Below are positions 48,675 to 58,277 of a stretch of DNA of 64,000 nucleotides, in pieces. How positions within the stretch are numbered: the stretch's first letter is position 1; each line of letters begins with the position of its first letter. This stretch comes from Verrucomicrobiia bacterium. GTDB taxonomy: Bacteria > Verrucomicrobiota > Verrucomicrobiia > Limisphaerales > UBA1319. The notes beneath the pieces are model-generated. The model did not search any database, had not been told where the DNA came from, and saw only the letters and a program-made list of their open reading frames with translations. The DNA is taken from NCBI GenBank assembly GCA_963664225.1, contig OY760937.1, positions 4,480,001 to 4,544,000 of the forward strand, written 5' to 3'. Position numbers and translations under genes: made by a program.

Positions 48675-50012
48675 ATGCTGTTCAACCTATGGAGCGAAAT
48701 CGCCCGCCATCACGCCAGTGAACCGGCCCTTTGGGACCTGACTGCCGGTCGGCGATGGAGCTTTCGAGACTTGGCCGAAGCGGCTGAGAGATCCGGCCCC
48801 GTTACTCAACCCATGGTCCACCCGACTTTTCGTTCCCTGACGGAACAAGGCCTGCGAGAGAGATCCGGCCCCGTTACTCAACCCATGGTCCACCCCCAGG
48901 GAAACGGCGCGGAATTCATCCTGACCGTTTTACGGGCCTGGCGGGACGGAGTCGTGGTCTGTCCATTGGAACCCTATCAAACCCCGCCGCCGATACCCCA
49001 GCCACCTGACGGCTGCAAGCATCTGAAGTTAACGTCGGCCACTTCTGGCGCGGCGAGAATGATTGCCTTCACGGAAGAGCAGTTGGCTGCAGACGCCATT
49101 AATATCGTTCAAACGATGGGATTGCGGCCTGAGTGGCCGAATCTGGGTGCAATCTCAATGGCCCATTCTTACGGATTCTCAAACCTCGTGTTGCCACTCT
49201 TGCTGCACGGAATTCCGCTCATCCTCGCGCCATCCGCGCTGCCCGAGATGGTCCGTCGTGCCGCTGCAGATCACCCCTTCGTGACACTGGCGGGGGTGCC
49301 GGCGCTGTGGAGGGCCTGGCACGAGTCCGGAGCCATTCCGGCCAACGTTGCGCTGGCCATCTCAGCGGGTGCGCCTCTTTCCATTGAGCTGGAGCGGGCG
49401 GTGCATTCGGGCTGCGGTCTGAAAATCCATAATTTCTACGGTTCGTCCGAATGCGGCGGGATTGCCTACGACGACACCACGACGCCCCGCGTTGAGGAAG
49501 GTCTAGTTGGGCGTGCCATGCGGAATGTGGATTTGTCTTTGACCAATCAAGGCTGTCTCGAGGTTCGCAGCCGGGCCGTGGGAGAAACCTATTGTCCGGA
49601 AATGAACGAGTCCCTGGGAAACGGGCGTTTTCAAACGAGCGACCTTGCAGAATTTCATAACGGCGCGCTTTATTTGCGTGGACGACTCGGCGATCTCATT
49701 AACGTGGCCGGCCGCAAAGTCTCACCCGGAGCCATCGAACAGGTCCTGCGGGGTCATCCCGCCGTAAAGGAATGCCTCGTTTTTGGCGCGCCCGATGTGC
49801 AAGGCGAGCGGACGGATCGCATTGTGGCGTGCGTGGTGGCCAATGGCAGCGGACTGGCGAATGCTGAGCCTCTCCGGCAGTTTCTGCTGCGCAGCCTGCC
49901 CGCCTGGCAGATGCCCCGGGACTGGTGGTTTGTGGATTCTTTAAGTCCCAACAGCCGGGGTAAAATCTCCCGTGCGGAATGGAGACAGCGATACATCACG
50001 CGCCAGGAATAG
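48675..50012 (+). CDS. AMP-dependent acyl-CoA/acyl-ACP ligase-like protein (ANL superfamily) with a 24-aa insertion
   Basis: HSYGF, SAGAPL, NFYGSSECGG, FQTSDL, GRLGDLINVAGRKV, RGKI. Confidence 0.85.
   Translation: MLFNLWSEIARHHASEPALWDLTAGRRWSFRDLAEAAERSGPVTQPMVHPTFRSLTEQGLRERSGPVTQPMVHPQGNGAEFILTVLRAWRDGVVVCPLEPYQTPPPIPQPPDGCKHLKLTSATSGAARMIAFTEEQLAADAINIVQTMGLRPEWPNLGAISMAHSYGFSNLVLPLLLHGIPLILAPSALPEMVRRAAADHPFVTLAGVPALWRAWHESGAIPANVALAISAGAPLSIELERAVHSGCGLKIHNFYGSSECGGIAYDDTTTPRVEEGLVGRAMRNVDLSLTNQGCLEVRSRAVGETYCPEMNESLGNGRFQTSDLAEFHNGALYLRGRLGDLINVAGRKVSPGAIEQVLRGHPAVKECLVFGAPDVQGERTDRIVACVVANGSGLANAEPLRQFLLRSLPAWQMPRDWWFVDSLSPNSRGKISRAEWRQRYITRQE
48786..48895. repeat. Perfect 38-bp direct repeat flanking a 34-bp unique segment
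   Basis: gagagatccggccccgttactcaacccatggtccaccc at 48786-48823 and 48858-48895. Confidence 0.95.
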
Positions 50013-50084
50013 TGCGTTGCATCGTTGCATCGGGGCACAGTTTCCCCACTTGACGAATGGGTTCTTTAAGGGAAGTGTCTTTAA

Positions 50085-50459
50085 ATGAATAAGTGCCATA
50101 TCTTTTCGCTGGCTGCGGTGTCCGCAACGTTGCTGCTCGTGGGTTGTGTCAATACTCCAATAGATCCCAGTGCGGAGCGCGGTCCCCAAGGCACCATTCT
50201 TTATGAGGTCAAGGTGGAGGCCAGCGATCCGGGCACCAAGATCGAGGCGAACGGAGATTATGTTGGTCAGGCCCCGTGCGTTATTAAGATTTATGGCGAC
50301 CCTGACGGCACATTCCATAATTTCGGCCGATACGATTACACCATCAGGGCGTTCCCAGGCAATTCCAGTCTTCATGAGAAGGTGAAAGTGTTCCGCACTG
50401 GCGGCTGGTTTACACCAGAAGACCTGATTCCCAAACGGATCTATTTCGATATGAAATAA
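50085..50459 (+). CDS. Small lipoprotein, PEGA-like
   Basis: Lipobox LVGC; VEASDPGTKIEANGDYVGQAP. Confidence 0.7.
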   Translation: MNKCHIFSLAAVSATLLLVGCVNTPIDPSAERGPQGTILYEVKVEASDPGTKIEANGDYVGQAPCVIKIYGDPDGTFHNFGRYDYTIRAFPGNSSLHEKVKVFRTGGWFTPEDLIPKRIYFDMK

Positions 50460-50507
50460 CCGACGTGCGGACCGGCTGAAGGTTTCGCACGATGACGCCC
50501 TGAAATC

Positions 50508-50939
50508 TCAAGGCGCGCCGCTCAATGTGAGATCGGCCTGCAGGACGAGTTGATCACCGACAAATCCCCTGGCGTGCGCCTGAACAAGGCTCCCCATGCG
50601 GCCTGTCAATTGAGCTTCAAGGCGCAGCACTTCTCCGGGGCGGGCTGTGCCTAGAATTTTAACCCCGCGCAATGCGGTCAGCTTCAGCCCTGCGAGCGGC
50701 GGTGTAATGGGATCGCTCTGGGTTATCACTCCAGCCAATTGGGCGGCGGCTTCCACCAGCAGCACGCCAGGAAATATTGGTTCCCCCGGGAAATGACCTT
50801 TCAGGAACGGTTCGTCTCCGCGAACCCGGTATTCTCCCACGCCTTCCCTGCCGGGGATCAGGCTTAAAAGCCGGTCCAGAAACCGGAACTCAGGGCCGTG
50901 TGGCAGAGTTTTGAGCGCCGCTTCCAGAACATTCTCCAT
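50508..50939 (-). CDS. 3-hydroxyacyl-ACP dehydratase (FabZ/FabA-like)
   Basis: LPHGPEFRFLDR, FLKGHFPGEPIFPGVLLVEAAAQ. Confidence 0.92.
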   Translation of the reverse strand: MENVLEAALKTLPHGPEFRFLDRLLSLIPGREGVGEYRVRGDEPFLKGHFPGEPIFPGVLLVEAAAQLAGVITQSDPITPPLAGLKLTALRGVKILGTARPGEVLRLEAQLTGRMGSLVQAHARGFVGDQLVLQADLTLSGAP

Positions 50940-50943
50940 ACTC

Positions 50944-51624
50944 TTACTTCTTGAGCGGTTCGACCAACTTGGTGTCCGCGTCGAGTTGAACCTCGAACAG
51001 GTCCTTGGGCAATGCCGTGTTCAAAACGGAATGACTGAAATCATTGCGCATGCTGGAGCCATCGCTGAACTGGAGTTCTGTCGAGGATGGCGAGTAGTCC
51101 TTCGTGCTAAAACTGATTTGGAGCTGGCTCATGAACTTTCGCGCAAAGGCGCTTTTGGGCTGAAGGGACAATTGCACAATGTCGTTGGTTTGCACGACCG
51201 ATAAGACGGTGAAGCGCGATTCCAACTCGGCTCGGCTGCGGGGAAAGCTGGCCTCCAGAAGAGCCAGCGCGTCACGCCAGGGGCCGGGAGCGTTTCCGGT
51301 CAGGGGATATTTCTCGGCTCGCTTGAGCTTGGGATACAAAAGCCACAATTGATCAGGCTGGCGCACCGCGATCGTTTGCGGAGGCTGGCCCAGCTCCCAA
51401 CGAAAGTGGTCAGGCACCACGACCCACACCTTGCCGGTCGAAACCAGTGGCTGGGAAAATGTTTTGATCGAACGCGTTTGAACCGCATCAGCAGTCCAAG
51501 TGTGGACGTTGGTCTGCGCGGCGAACCATTGATCCAATAGGGCACTGGTATCGGCCGCCTTGACTGCAGAGTTTCCAACCAACAGAAAACCCAGCAACAC
51601 GGACAGAAACCGTGACACCTTCAT
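50944..51624 (-). CDS. LolA-like periplasmic lipid/lipoprotein carrier
   Basis: Signal peptide from ATG 51624 (overlaps MMPL stop); QTR....QPLVSTGKVW...P.HFRWE. Confidence 0.8.
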   Translation of the reverse strand: MKVSRFLSVLLGFLLVGNSAVKAADTSALLDQWFAAQTNVHTWTADAVQTRSIKTFSQPLVSTGKVWVVVPDHFRWELGQPPQTIAVRQPDQLWLLYPKLKRAEKYPLTGNAPGPWRDALALLEASFPRSRAELESRFTVLSVVQTNDIVQLSLQPKSAFARKFMSQLQISFSTKDYSPSSTELQFSDGSSMRNDFSHSVLNTALPKDLFEVQLDADTKLVEPLKK

Positions 51625-54600
51625 AAAGGGGTGGGAGTATTCCCATTGGCTCGATTGCCGCTGGACGCTTTTGCAATCAGCGATGCCTTTGACCAAATTG
51701 GAACAAAATGAAACCATTGGTCCAAATGCTGCCGAATCCGCGGCTCGAATGCACGCAGGATTTGTCGGGTGAGTTCATGCCGGGCTTCCCGGTTGCCCAG
51801 GGTTGCGCGGTCATATTGAAATTCTTGAAACACCTGGGCGAGGTAGCGGCCGTCGGGGCAGCGTAAAACAGTAACCCCGAAAAGGGCGCAACCGGAGGCC
51901 CGCGCCAGTTCGGCTGGTGCGATGGAGGCTTGAAATGGCCTGCCAAAAAGTTCCACCTCGACAGCGCTGGACGGTTGAGGTCGATCCACCAGCAACGCAA
52001 TGATCGCACCTTCCTGCAATCGGCGGATGACATCGACGAAGCCGAACGCGTTGTTGCCAATGACCAGCGTTTCGATCCCCCATCTGGCTCGCGAGGTCCG
52101 GCGCAACTCGGTCAATCCTTCGCCCGGTTCGGCCTGTGTGATGACCAGCAAATTAATTCCATGCTCCCTGAGCAAAAGCGCGCCCACTTCCCAATTTCCC
52201 AGATGAGGCGTCAGGAGTAATACGCCCCGACCCTTTTTTTGAATGTCTGCCAGGGCCGCGGTGGAAATGGCTTCTGTGTTGGTCTGTGGATTGGAAGCGG
52301 CGGCTGTATCAGAGCTTTGAGGACTGTCCACAAATGCGATGGCGGAGGAAATGCCATTTTCAAACCTCCACAAATCCAGAAGTTTTAGCGCAAATTGTTG
52401 ATATAGTCGGCGAGCTGTTCCCTCAGCGCGCTTGCGATCCCCGCCAACCGCAGGCAATAAGTTCTCAATCACCACTTCACGCCTCGGGCGATCCAGCCGG
52501 AAATGAGCCGCCGCCAATACCAGGCAAAACTGTCGGACCAACACCAGCGGCATCATTCGGGTCAGCAGCATCCCCAAGCGCCACAGCCAGGCCCGATACA
52601 AAGCGGAAGGTTTCGTTGGCAGATCGGAGTGTGGAGCGGGGCACTGTTCCGGTAAATCTGTCCGGTTAATGGTCCTACACCACCAGGTGGGCAGCAGGTA
52701 GATCGAGATGAGCATGTTGGCCAATATGCCCATGGCGCAGACCTTGCCCAGACTGGCCATGCCCACATTCGCTGACCACGCCAGGGAACCGAAACCGGCA
52801 ATGGCGGTGCCGCCGCAGAGCAAAAGCGCCCGGCCTATGGAGTTGCGCACCATCGCCACATCTCCTCCATGCCGACGCAGGCCAAGTTGGATGAAAATGC
52901 CATAATCCACCCCGGTGCCCAGAATCAAAGGCAACGCCATTAAGTTGAGCAGATTCCATGTCCATCCGTTCAATACCATGAATGCCAGCAAACACAGGCC
53001 CGAGAGCAGGAGCACCGCAACGCCCAGCAGCACCTCACGAACATTTCGGAAGGCCAGCCACAATGATACCAGCACCAGCGCCACCATGGGCAGTACCACA
53101 AGCCACAGCCGGTCTTTGACGCGTGCCAGTGTCACAGTGCCCAGCAGCGGCCAACCCGACAGGGAAATATGTGCTTTTTCAAACTCATCCGCCAATCGGA
53201 CCAGGCCCGTGTCGGAAACTTGATTGGTGGAGGGATAAACAAGGCCCAGGGCCAGCCATTGATTTGTGGAATGGGCGACAAAACGTTTGAGCAGCCATTG
53301 ACTCATCTGGTTGGTGGGCCACGACACTCCGTTACCGGCGCCCAGTCGCTCCCAGGTTCTCAACAGTTCATCCGTTAGGAATAATGCGTTGGTATTGAAT
53401 CCCTCATGCAAGGCCGCCTCCCGCAAAGGCGTCTCCTGACCTGACAGCCAAAGCGCTGCCGGACGGTTGGCCTCCTGGTTGGCCACGTGCGGCCACAACG
53501 GCGTGGGAATCATATAACCGCTGATTTGCTGGTTGGAACTGGCCCGCGCCAGCAAAGCTTCCGCCCGGCTGAGTTGCTCATACACTTCCGATTCGGTCCG
53601 GCCTGATGCAATCGTCCAGAGCGGATCCTGAGGGATGCCGACCGCCGAAGAGATTTCATCGAGCGCCACCTCCGCTTCTGTGTGCTGGAGCCGAAGTGCG
53701 TCCCCGGAGCGATCCACACCGGGCAAGCCCCGCACAAGTCCCAAAGCCGCCACTAAAATCACCGCCCCGGTCACCAGCAGCCCAATGCGGCAACACCGCG
53801 TCGGCGGATTCCCAGCCCACACGATTCGCTCCGGCGGGGGTGGAAAGAGAAAAGTAATCAACCGGGGACGTGCAATGCCGGGGGGCAGTTGGCGGCGTTT
53901 TGGAAAGAGTGGCGGCAGAAACGCCACCACCATGACCAAGGCCGCCAGGCTCACCCCAATGGCCACCAGCGATCCCAATTGCGCAAGACCGGGCAGGCCG
54001 CCAAAGCTCAACATCAGGAATGCGGCTATGGTTGTGATGGCCGCCCAAAGGATGCTCGGTGAAATGGCGCGACGGATTTCTGGAACGGTTAGTTGCGGAT
54101 GAGCCAGGGCCTCCTGGTAATGGACCACGGCGTAGTCCACGGCCAACCCGAGCAACACCGCTGCGAATCCCAGGCTGATCACGTTGATGGTTCCCAGGAG
54201 AAGACTCCCCAGCCCCAAGGTCGCCACCAGGATGAGTCCCAAGAGCGTCAGCAGCCAGAGCATTGGAAGCCAGCGCCGGTGCGTCAGCCAGAATAGCAGC
54301 GCAATGATGATGGCGGTGCCAATAATCGACCCGCTCAAATCCCGTTGCATGCTCGACGCAATCTCCGCCACAAACGCCGGTCGGCCCGTGTAGCGAATCG
54401 TCACGTCCCGCCATTCGGATTTCTGTGCGCGCGTCTCCTCAACGGTCCGACGAATCGCCTCCAGCCAGTCCACGCAGGCGCGATAGCCGGCCAATGCGGG
54501 GCGAGCCTGGAGAAACACCAATCGAAAAGTGCCGTCGGAGGAGCCAAACATCTGCTGGCCTTGATCGGCGGACATGCCGCTGAAATTCGCCAGTGTCGGT

Positions 54601-55091
54601 AGGTTCAACAGATCGTAGGGATCGAACGCGCGCCGGGCGATGTCCATGGGTGAGAGGGAGGTGGCCAAAGCCTCTCGGGACTCCCCGAGGACCGTGGCGC
54701 GATGGGCAGGCGACAGACGATTGGTCAGGGCGTTGAACACTTCTGGCGGTTGGTTGAACCACAGATATGCAACGATCTCAGCGGCCTGGGCTGGCTGCTC
54801 CATCCAGGGCGGTTGCCAGGAGACTTCGGTAACCAGATTGGTCTGCGGACGCAAACGGGTTGCCAATTCCGCAGCCAGGCTTTCGGTTGTTTCACCGGAC
54901 GGCGCGCGCAAGGTAATGATTAACTCGCGGGCATTGGCAAAATGCTCCTGGTAGAGTTTCAATCCCTGCACGCTGGGAATGTCGGGCGGCAGGAGGTTCA
55001 GGACATCGACGTCGAATCGCAGACGGCCCAACCCAAGCAGCACCAGAACCGCAAGCGGCAGCCACCACCATTTTTTAAACAGCGCACTCAC
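51621..55091 (-). CDS. MMPL/RND-family exporter fused to a C-terminal LpxL-type lipid acyltransferase
   Basis: DVLNLLP, GLAVDYAV, GTGVDYGIF, TAIAGFGSL (MMPL); C-terminal LLTPHLGNWE, ALLVDR, ELFGRP, QWFHF. Confidence 0.88.
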   Translation of the reverse strand: MSALFKKWWWLPLAVLVLLGLGRLRFDVDVLNLLPPDIPSVQGLKLYQEHFANARELIITLRAPSGETTESLAAELATRLRPQTNLVTEVSWQPPWMEQPAQAAEIVAYLWFNQPPEVFNALTNRLSPAHRATVLGESREALATSLSPMDIARRAFDPYDLLNLPTLANFSGMSADQGQQMFGSSDGTFRLVFLQARPALAGYRACVDWLEAIRRTVEETRAQKSEWRDVTIRYTGRPAFVAEIASSMQRDLSGSIIGTAIIIALLFWLTHRRWLPMLWLLTLLGLILVATLGLGSLLLGTINVISLGFAAVLLGLAVDYAVVHYQEALAHPQLTVPEIRRAISPSILWAAITTIAAFLMLSFGGLPGLAQLGSLVAIGVSLAALVMVVAFLPPLFPKRRQLPPGIARPRLITFLFPPPPERIVWAGNPPTRCCRIGLLVTGAVILVAALGLVRGLPGVDRSGDALRLQHTEAEVALDEISSAVGIPQDPLWTIASGRTESEVYEQLSRAEALLARASSNQQISGYMIPTPLWPHVANQEANRPAALWLSGQETPLREAALHEGFNTNALFLTDELLRTWERLGAGNGVSWPTNQMSQWLLKRFVAHSTNQWLALGLVYPSTNQVSDTGLVRLADEFEKAHISLSGWPLLGTVTLARVKDRLWLVVLPMVALVLVSLWLAFRNVREVLLGVAVLLLSGLCLLAFMVLNGWTWNLLNLMALPLILGTGVDYGIFIQLGLRRHGGDVAMVRNSIGRALLLCGGTAIAGFGSLAWSANVGMASLGKVCAMGILANMLISIYLLPTWWCRTINRTDLPEQCPAPHSDLPTKPSALYRAWLWRLGMLLTRMMPLVLVRQFCLVLAAAHFRLDRPRREVVIENLLPAVGGDRKRAEGTARRLYQQFALKLLDLWRFENGISSAIAFVDSPQSSDTAAASNPQTNTEAISTAALADIQKKGRGVLLLTPHLGNWEVGALLLREHGINLLVITQAEPGEGLTELRRTSRARWGIETLVIGNNAFGFVDVIRRLQEGAIIALLVDRPQPSSAVEVELFGRPFQASIAPAELARASGCALFGVTVLRCPDGRYLAQVFQEFQYDRATLGNREARHELTRQILRAFEPRIRQHLDQWFHFVPIWSKASLIAKASSGNRANGNTPTPL

Positions 55092-55588
55092 GGCGAGAGA
55101 AACCCTTCGATGCTCTCACCGGAATTGGTGTTTTGAAGAATCCAGCCGCCATCGGGTTTGCGTTCAAAGAGGAACGCCTTGGGAAGCGGTTTGCCTTCCA
55201 GCGCTGCCCCCAAATAGAGCCAGGTGAAACGCAAGGGAGGTTGTCCCTTGCCTCCAAAGCTGTATCGCTGCGCCGGAAACTGTATGAGCCAGTTGGTCGA
55301 TGTGGTATGGCCCATCGTGATCGGCAGGGGCGTTTTTTCAAAGTCGAAGATATAACTTCCATTCTCATGGCGGGCGACCAGGAGATCGCCGCCCAGTTCG
55401 GGTCGGTTGCGACTTGGCCGCCACACAGCCTGCCCATTCAGCACCCGCCAGCCAGGACCCGCTGTGGAAATTCGTGAGGCATCTCCGAATGTGCGACATC
55501 CCGTGGTAAAAACCACCAGAACCAATAATGCCACACCACAGAGACCCAAAAACAACCGCATGCAGCGCAATCCCATAGGTCTGGCCAT
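55088..55588 (-). CDS. Hypothetical lipoprotein, first gene of the MMPL operon
   Basis: Lipobox FTTGC; GPGW....GQAVW; stop overlaps the MMPL GTG start. Start could be 55561. Confidence 0.7.
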   Translation of the reverse strand: MARPMGLRCMRLFLGLCGVALLVLVVFTTGCRTFGDASRISTAGPGWRVLNGQAVWRPSRNRPELGGDLLVARHENGSYIFDFEKTPLPITMGHTTSTNWLIQFPAQRYSFGGKGQPPLRFTWLYLGAALEGKPLPKAFLFERKPDGGWILQNTNSGESIEGFLSP

Positions 55589-55790
55589 TGTTATTAGAGC
55601 CAGCCTTTGATGAAAGCTTTTGTTTCGCGCTGTGGTCGAAATATTGTGTGAATCTTTGGATGGTCGGGCAATTTGGGCGGAATTGTCCACATCAGCGATC
55701 TTGCCATTCAAGCAAACTGCGGATCGCCAGGGCAAGGTCGTGCCTCGTCCGAACGTCTGGAAGCCATTCCGCTCACATTCCGACGGACCA

Positions 55791-57947
55791 TCAGGGATTC
55801 GCGTAATCCACTTTCAGGAATGCATTGGTGTTGAAGGACGGGCCCAGTCGGACAGGCAGCTTGCGACCATGCACAACGACATTCATACGTCCGTTGAACC
55901 AGGTCCAGGAGACCGCGCCAAAGCGGGTCGAAATTCCGCGCACACTCATGGGTTTGTCCAACCAGAAGCCCGGTATGCCCGCGCCCACGATCAGCACAGG
56001 TTCGGGGGTGCTTTCATCGACACAGGCCAGCATATCGCATTGGAGCAGGAACATCTCCGCGGCGGTCCAGTAATGGGGGGTCGATTGCGAGGGGGTGACC
56101 CAGCCCCGCACGCGCTCCCATTGATGCTGATTGGGATTCTCGCCGGCGCCATCGCCCCACGTGTAGAGCCCGGGAGAGGATTGGTTTTTCCAAAACCATT
56201 TGACTGTGTCCCACACCGTTTCGGGCTTGTTCAAGTAGAGCCATTGATGGGCTTTATCCAAGAGGACATAAGGATGCGCGGTGTCTTCGGCTGAAGGCCG
56301 GGCGTCAAAACCCAGGCTCGGCGTGTGTTCTTTCAATGCTGTTGCAAAAACTTCGCGATGAGGACCCGCTGACCAGGAAGGCCACAAGCCATTGATCCAG
56401 GTCCATTCCTCAGCCGCATAGGGTGATTTCAGAGCGTTGAACCAGGATTCGCGCATCTGTGCCGCGTCGATGCGCCATTGGAGCCCATAGATGCCCGCAC
56501 CGAGCCTTTCCATGAATTCCGCGGCAGCGGTCAGGCCGCCCGAGTTTGCGGCGTTGATATAGAGCAGGGGATGGGTGCCGCCGGCCTTGCCCATGATCAA
56601 TCCATTCTGGGCGGGATCGCAAAGCAAAGTTAATTGGGGATCGTTCAGATACTGCGGGTCCACGGGCGGCGTGACCGGTTTGCGAATGGGTTTGTCTGCG
56701 GCGAGCATTTCATGAATCAACTGGGCTTTTCGCATGACATGCGGTTGGAGATAAGAATCAAATGATCCCTGGTTGAGCCGTCCTGCAATTTCCATCAAGG
56801 CCCAGAGAGCCAAACCCGGGGCATCCGCCTCGGGGCCGCGGCCTCCAAAGAAGTCGCGTTCCGCGAAGGGGCGGGCCAACTGGCTGGCCAGGTTGATCTG
56901 TCCGGCGCGCGCCAGTGCGACCAGAATGGAAGCGCCTTCGCGTAATGAGGAGATTGGATATTGCATGGGATCTCCCGGGCGCGTTTCCGAGCCGGTAATG
57001 CCCATGAGCAATTGGGCCGCCTGGGCATTCATGCAGGCGGCGAATTGCTCATCCGGCAGGCGAACCTCGATGGCAGATTTAATCGAGGCATAGGGCAGGG
57101 TCACCTGCATACCGGGTGAGGGATCGAAAATGGCGACTTTGAACTCGCGTCCCTTTGGGATTACGATCCGGGCAAAACCCCATCCGTCCGCATTGCGACA
57201 GAGGCGTTCAGTCGAGGCGGAGGCAGTCCAATTCTCGTCGCCTTCGTGTCCGGTATAAACAGCGGTCGGAGCTGGATCAAAGGACAAAATCCATCGGTTG
57301 TTGAGTTGGAGGGTTTTTCCATTCCATGCAATGTTTTGCAGGGGCCCGCCAGCCGGGCCGGGGCTGCGCACGAGCATTTGAACGGTGCTGGTGCTATTCG
57401 TGGGAAGAGTTAACGCCAGGCGTCCTTGGCCTGGACCCGCGAGCGACCAGAGGGCCTGGTAATAGACAGTGTCGGTCAATACGCCGGGTGGCGCGTTCAA
57501 TGCCGACCACACCCATTGCTGACGAATCTGGTCCGTGGTGATTTTTTCGCTCGTTGTCTGAAGTTTGCCCTCCTGATCATAAACCCAGAAGGAAATGCCA
57601 TAGCTGTTTATGCACGGACTAAAATTCCCGCCGGGCTCCAGATACGCCTTGCCCGTTTCGCGGCTGCCCGGGTAGGCGAGAATGACGTGCCCCGCGCTGC
57701 GCGGCCAGGAATCGTTGGGGCGCTGTTGGATGGCACGCAGAAGGACCTGATGACCATTTGTCTGCCCATAGCCAACCGGCGTCCAAGTGACGGCCAATAA
57801 CAGAAAAAGCAGCGCTGCCGTTACGCGCGATTTGCGAATCGGGGAGGCGGGATGGTTTGCAGGGCAATTTGATGCAGGCCCGGCGTTACGTGCAAAAAGC
57901 GACGTGGATGCCAGACAATTGGGCGCGTTTATGGCGTTCATGGGCAA
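55791..57947 (-). CDS. Secreted uncharacterised protein with probable six-hairpin glycosidase-like C-terminal half
   Basis: Hydrophobic leader; PGDPMQYPISSLREGASILVALARAG, EADAPGLALW, TPHYWTAAE. Start uncertain. Confidence 0.65.
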   Translation of the reverse strand: MPMNAINAPNCLASTSLFARNAGPASNCPANHPASPIRKSRVTAALLFLLLAVTWTPVGYGQTNGHQVLLRAIQQRPNDSWPRSAGHVILAYPGSRETGKAYLEPGGNFSPCINSYGISFWVYDQEGKLQTTSEKITTDQIRQQWVWSALNAPPGVLTDTVYYQALWSLAGPGQGRLALTLPTNSTSTVQMLVRSPGPAGGPLQNIAWNGKTLQLNNRWILSFDPAPTAVYTGHEGDENWTASASTERLCRNADGWGFARIVIPKGREFKVAIFDPSPGMQVTLPYASIKSAIEVRLPDEQFAACMNAQAAQLLMGITGSETRPGDPMQYPISSLREGASILVALARAGQINLASQLARPFAERDFFGGRGPEADAPGLALWALMEIAGRLNQGSFDSYLQPHVMRKAQLIHEMLAADKPIRKPVTPPVDPQYLNDPQLTLLCDPAQNGLIMGKAGGTHPLLYINAANSGGLTAAAEFMERLGAGIYGLQWRIDAAQMRESWFNALKSPYAAEEWTWINGLWPSWSAGPHREVFATALKEHTPSLGFDARPSAEDTAHPYVLLDKAHQWLYLNKPETVWDTVKWFWKNQSSPGLYTWGDGAGENPNQHQWERVRGWVTPSQSTPHYWTAAEMFLLQCDMLACVDESTPEPVLIVGAGIPGFWLDKPMSVRGISTRFGAVSWTWFNGRMNVVVHGRKLPVRLGPSFNTNAFLKVDYANP

Positions 57948-57951
57948 TTAA

Positions 57952-58019
57952 TAACAAACAATCTGGAGATTGTGTTCTCCACGTTGTCAACGTGCCAAAC
58001 AAATCCATGGAAATCAACC
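57952..58019 (-). promoter_or_regulatory. Copy 1 of a duplicated 68-bp upstream element containing palindrome TGGAGA-N6-TCTCCA
   Basis: 58/68 identical without gaps to 61946-62013. Confidence 0.65.
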
Positions 58020-58277
58020 GCACGAAGTTTGGATTTAAATGGAGCAGAACTTTGGAGAATGGCCGAACAGGATTGGAAGTGCGTTGCTGCAAGTTTGAAG
58101 CAGGATCGCTGCTTGAAAGAAAACCTGAGATTCCACGGCACGGAGCAAGTCCGAGTCTTGGTTCAAATAATAACAAGATGGTCAAAAATCAAACCGATGG
58201 GCAGGATGGGCGAGAATTCTGTGAAAGCAGCGGTAACACGCTTGGAATCCGACATGACCATGAATTCGATCTCTTTG

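Noticed and set aside
48786..48895. CRISPR array
   Set aside because: Only two repeats, the repeat is coding sequence of the host gene, and there are no cas genes or leader in the window; kept only as an insertion scar.
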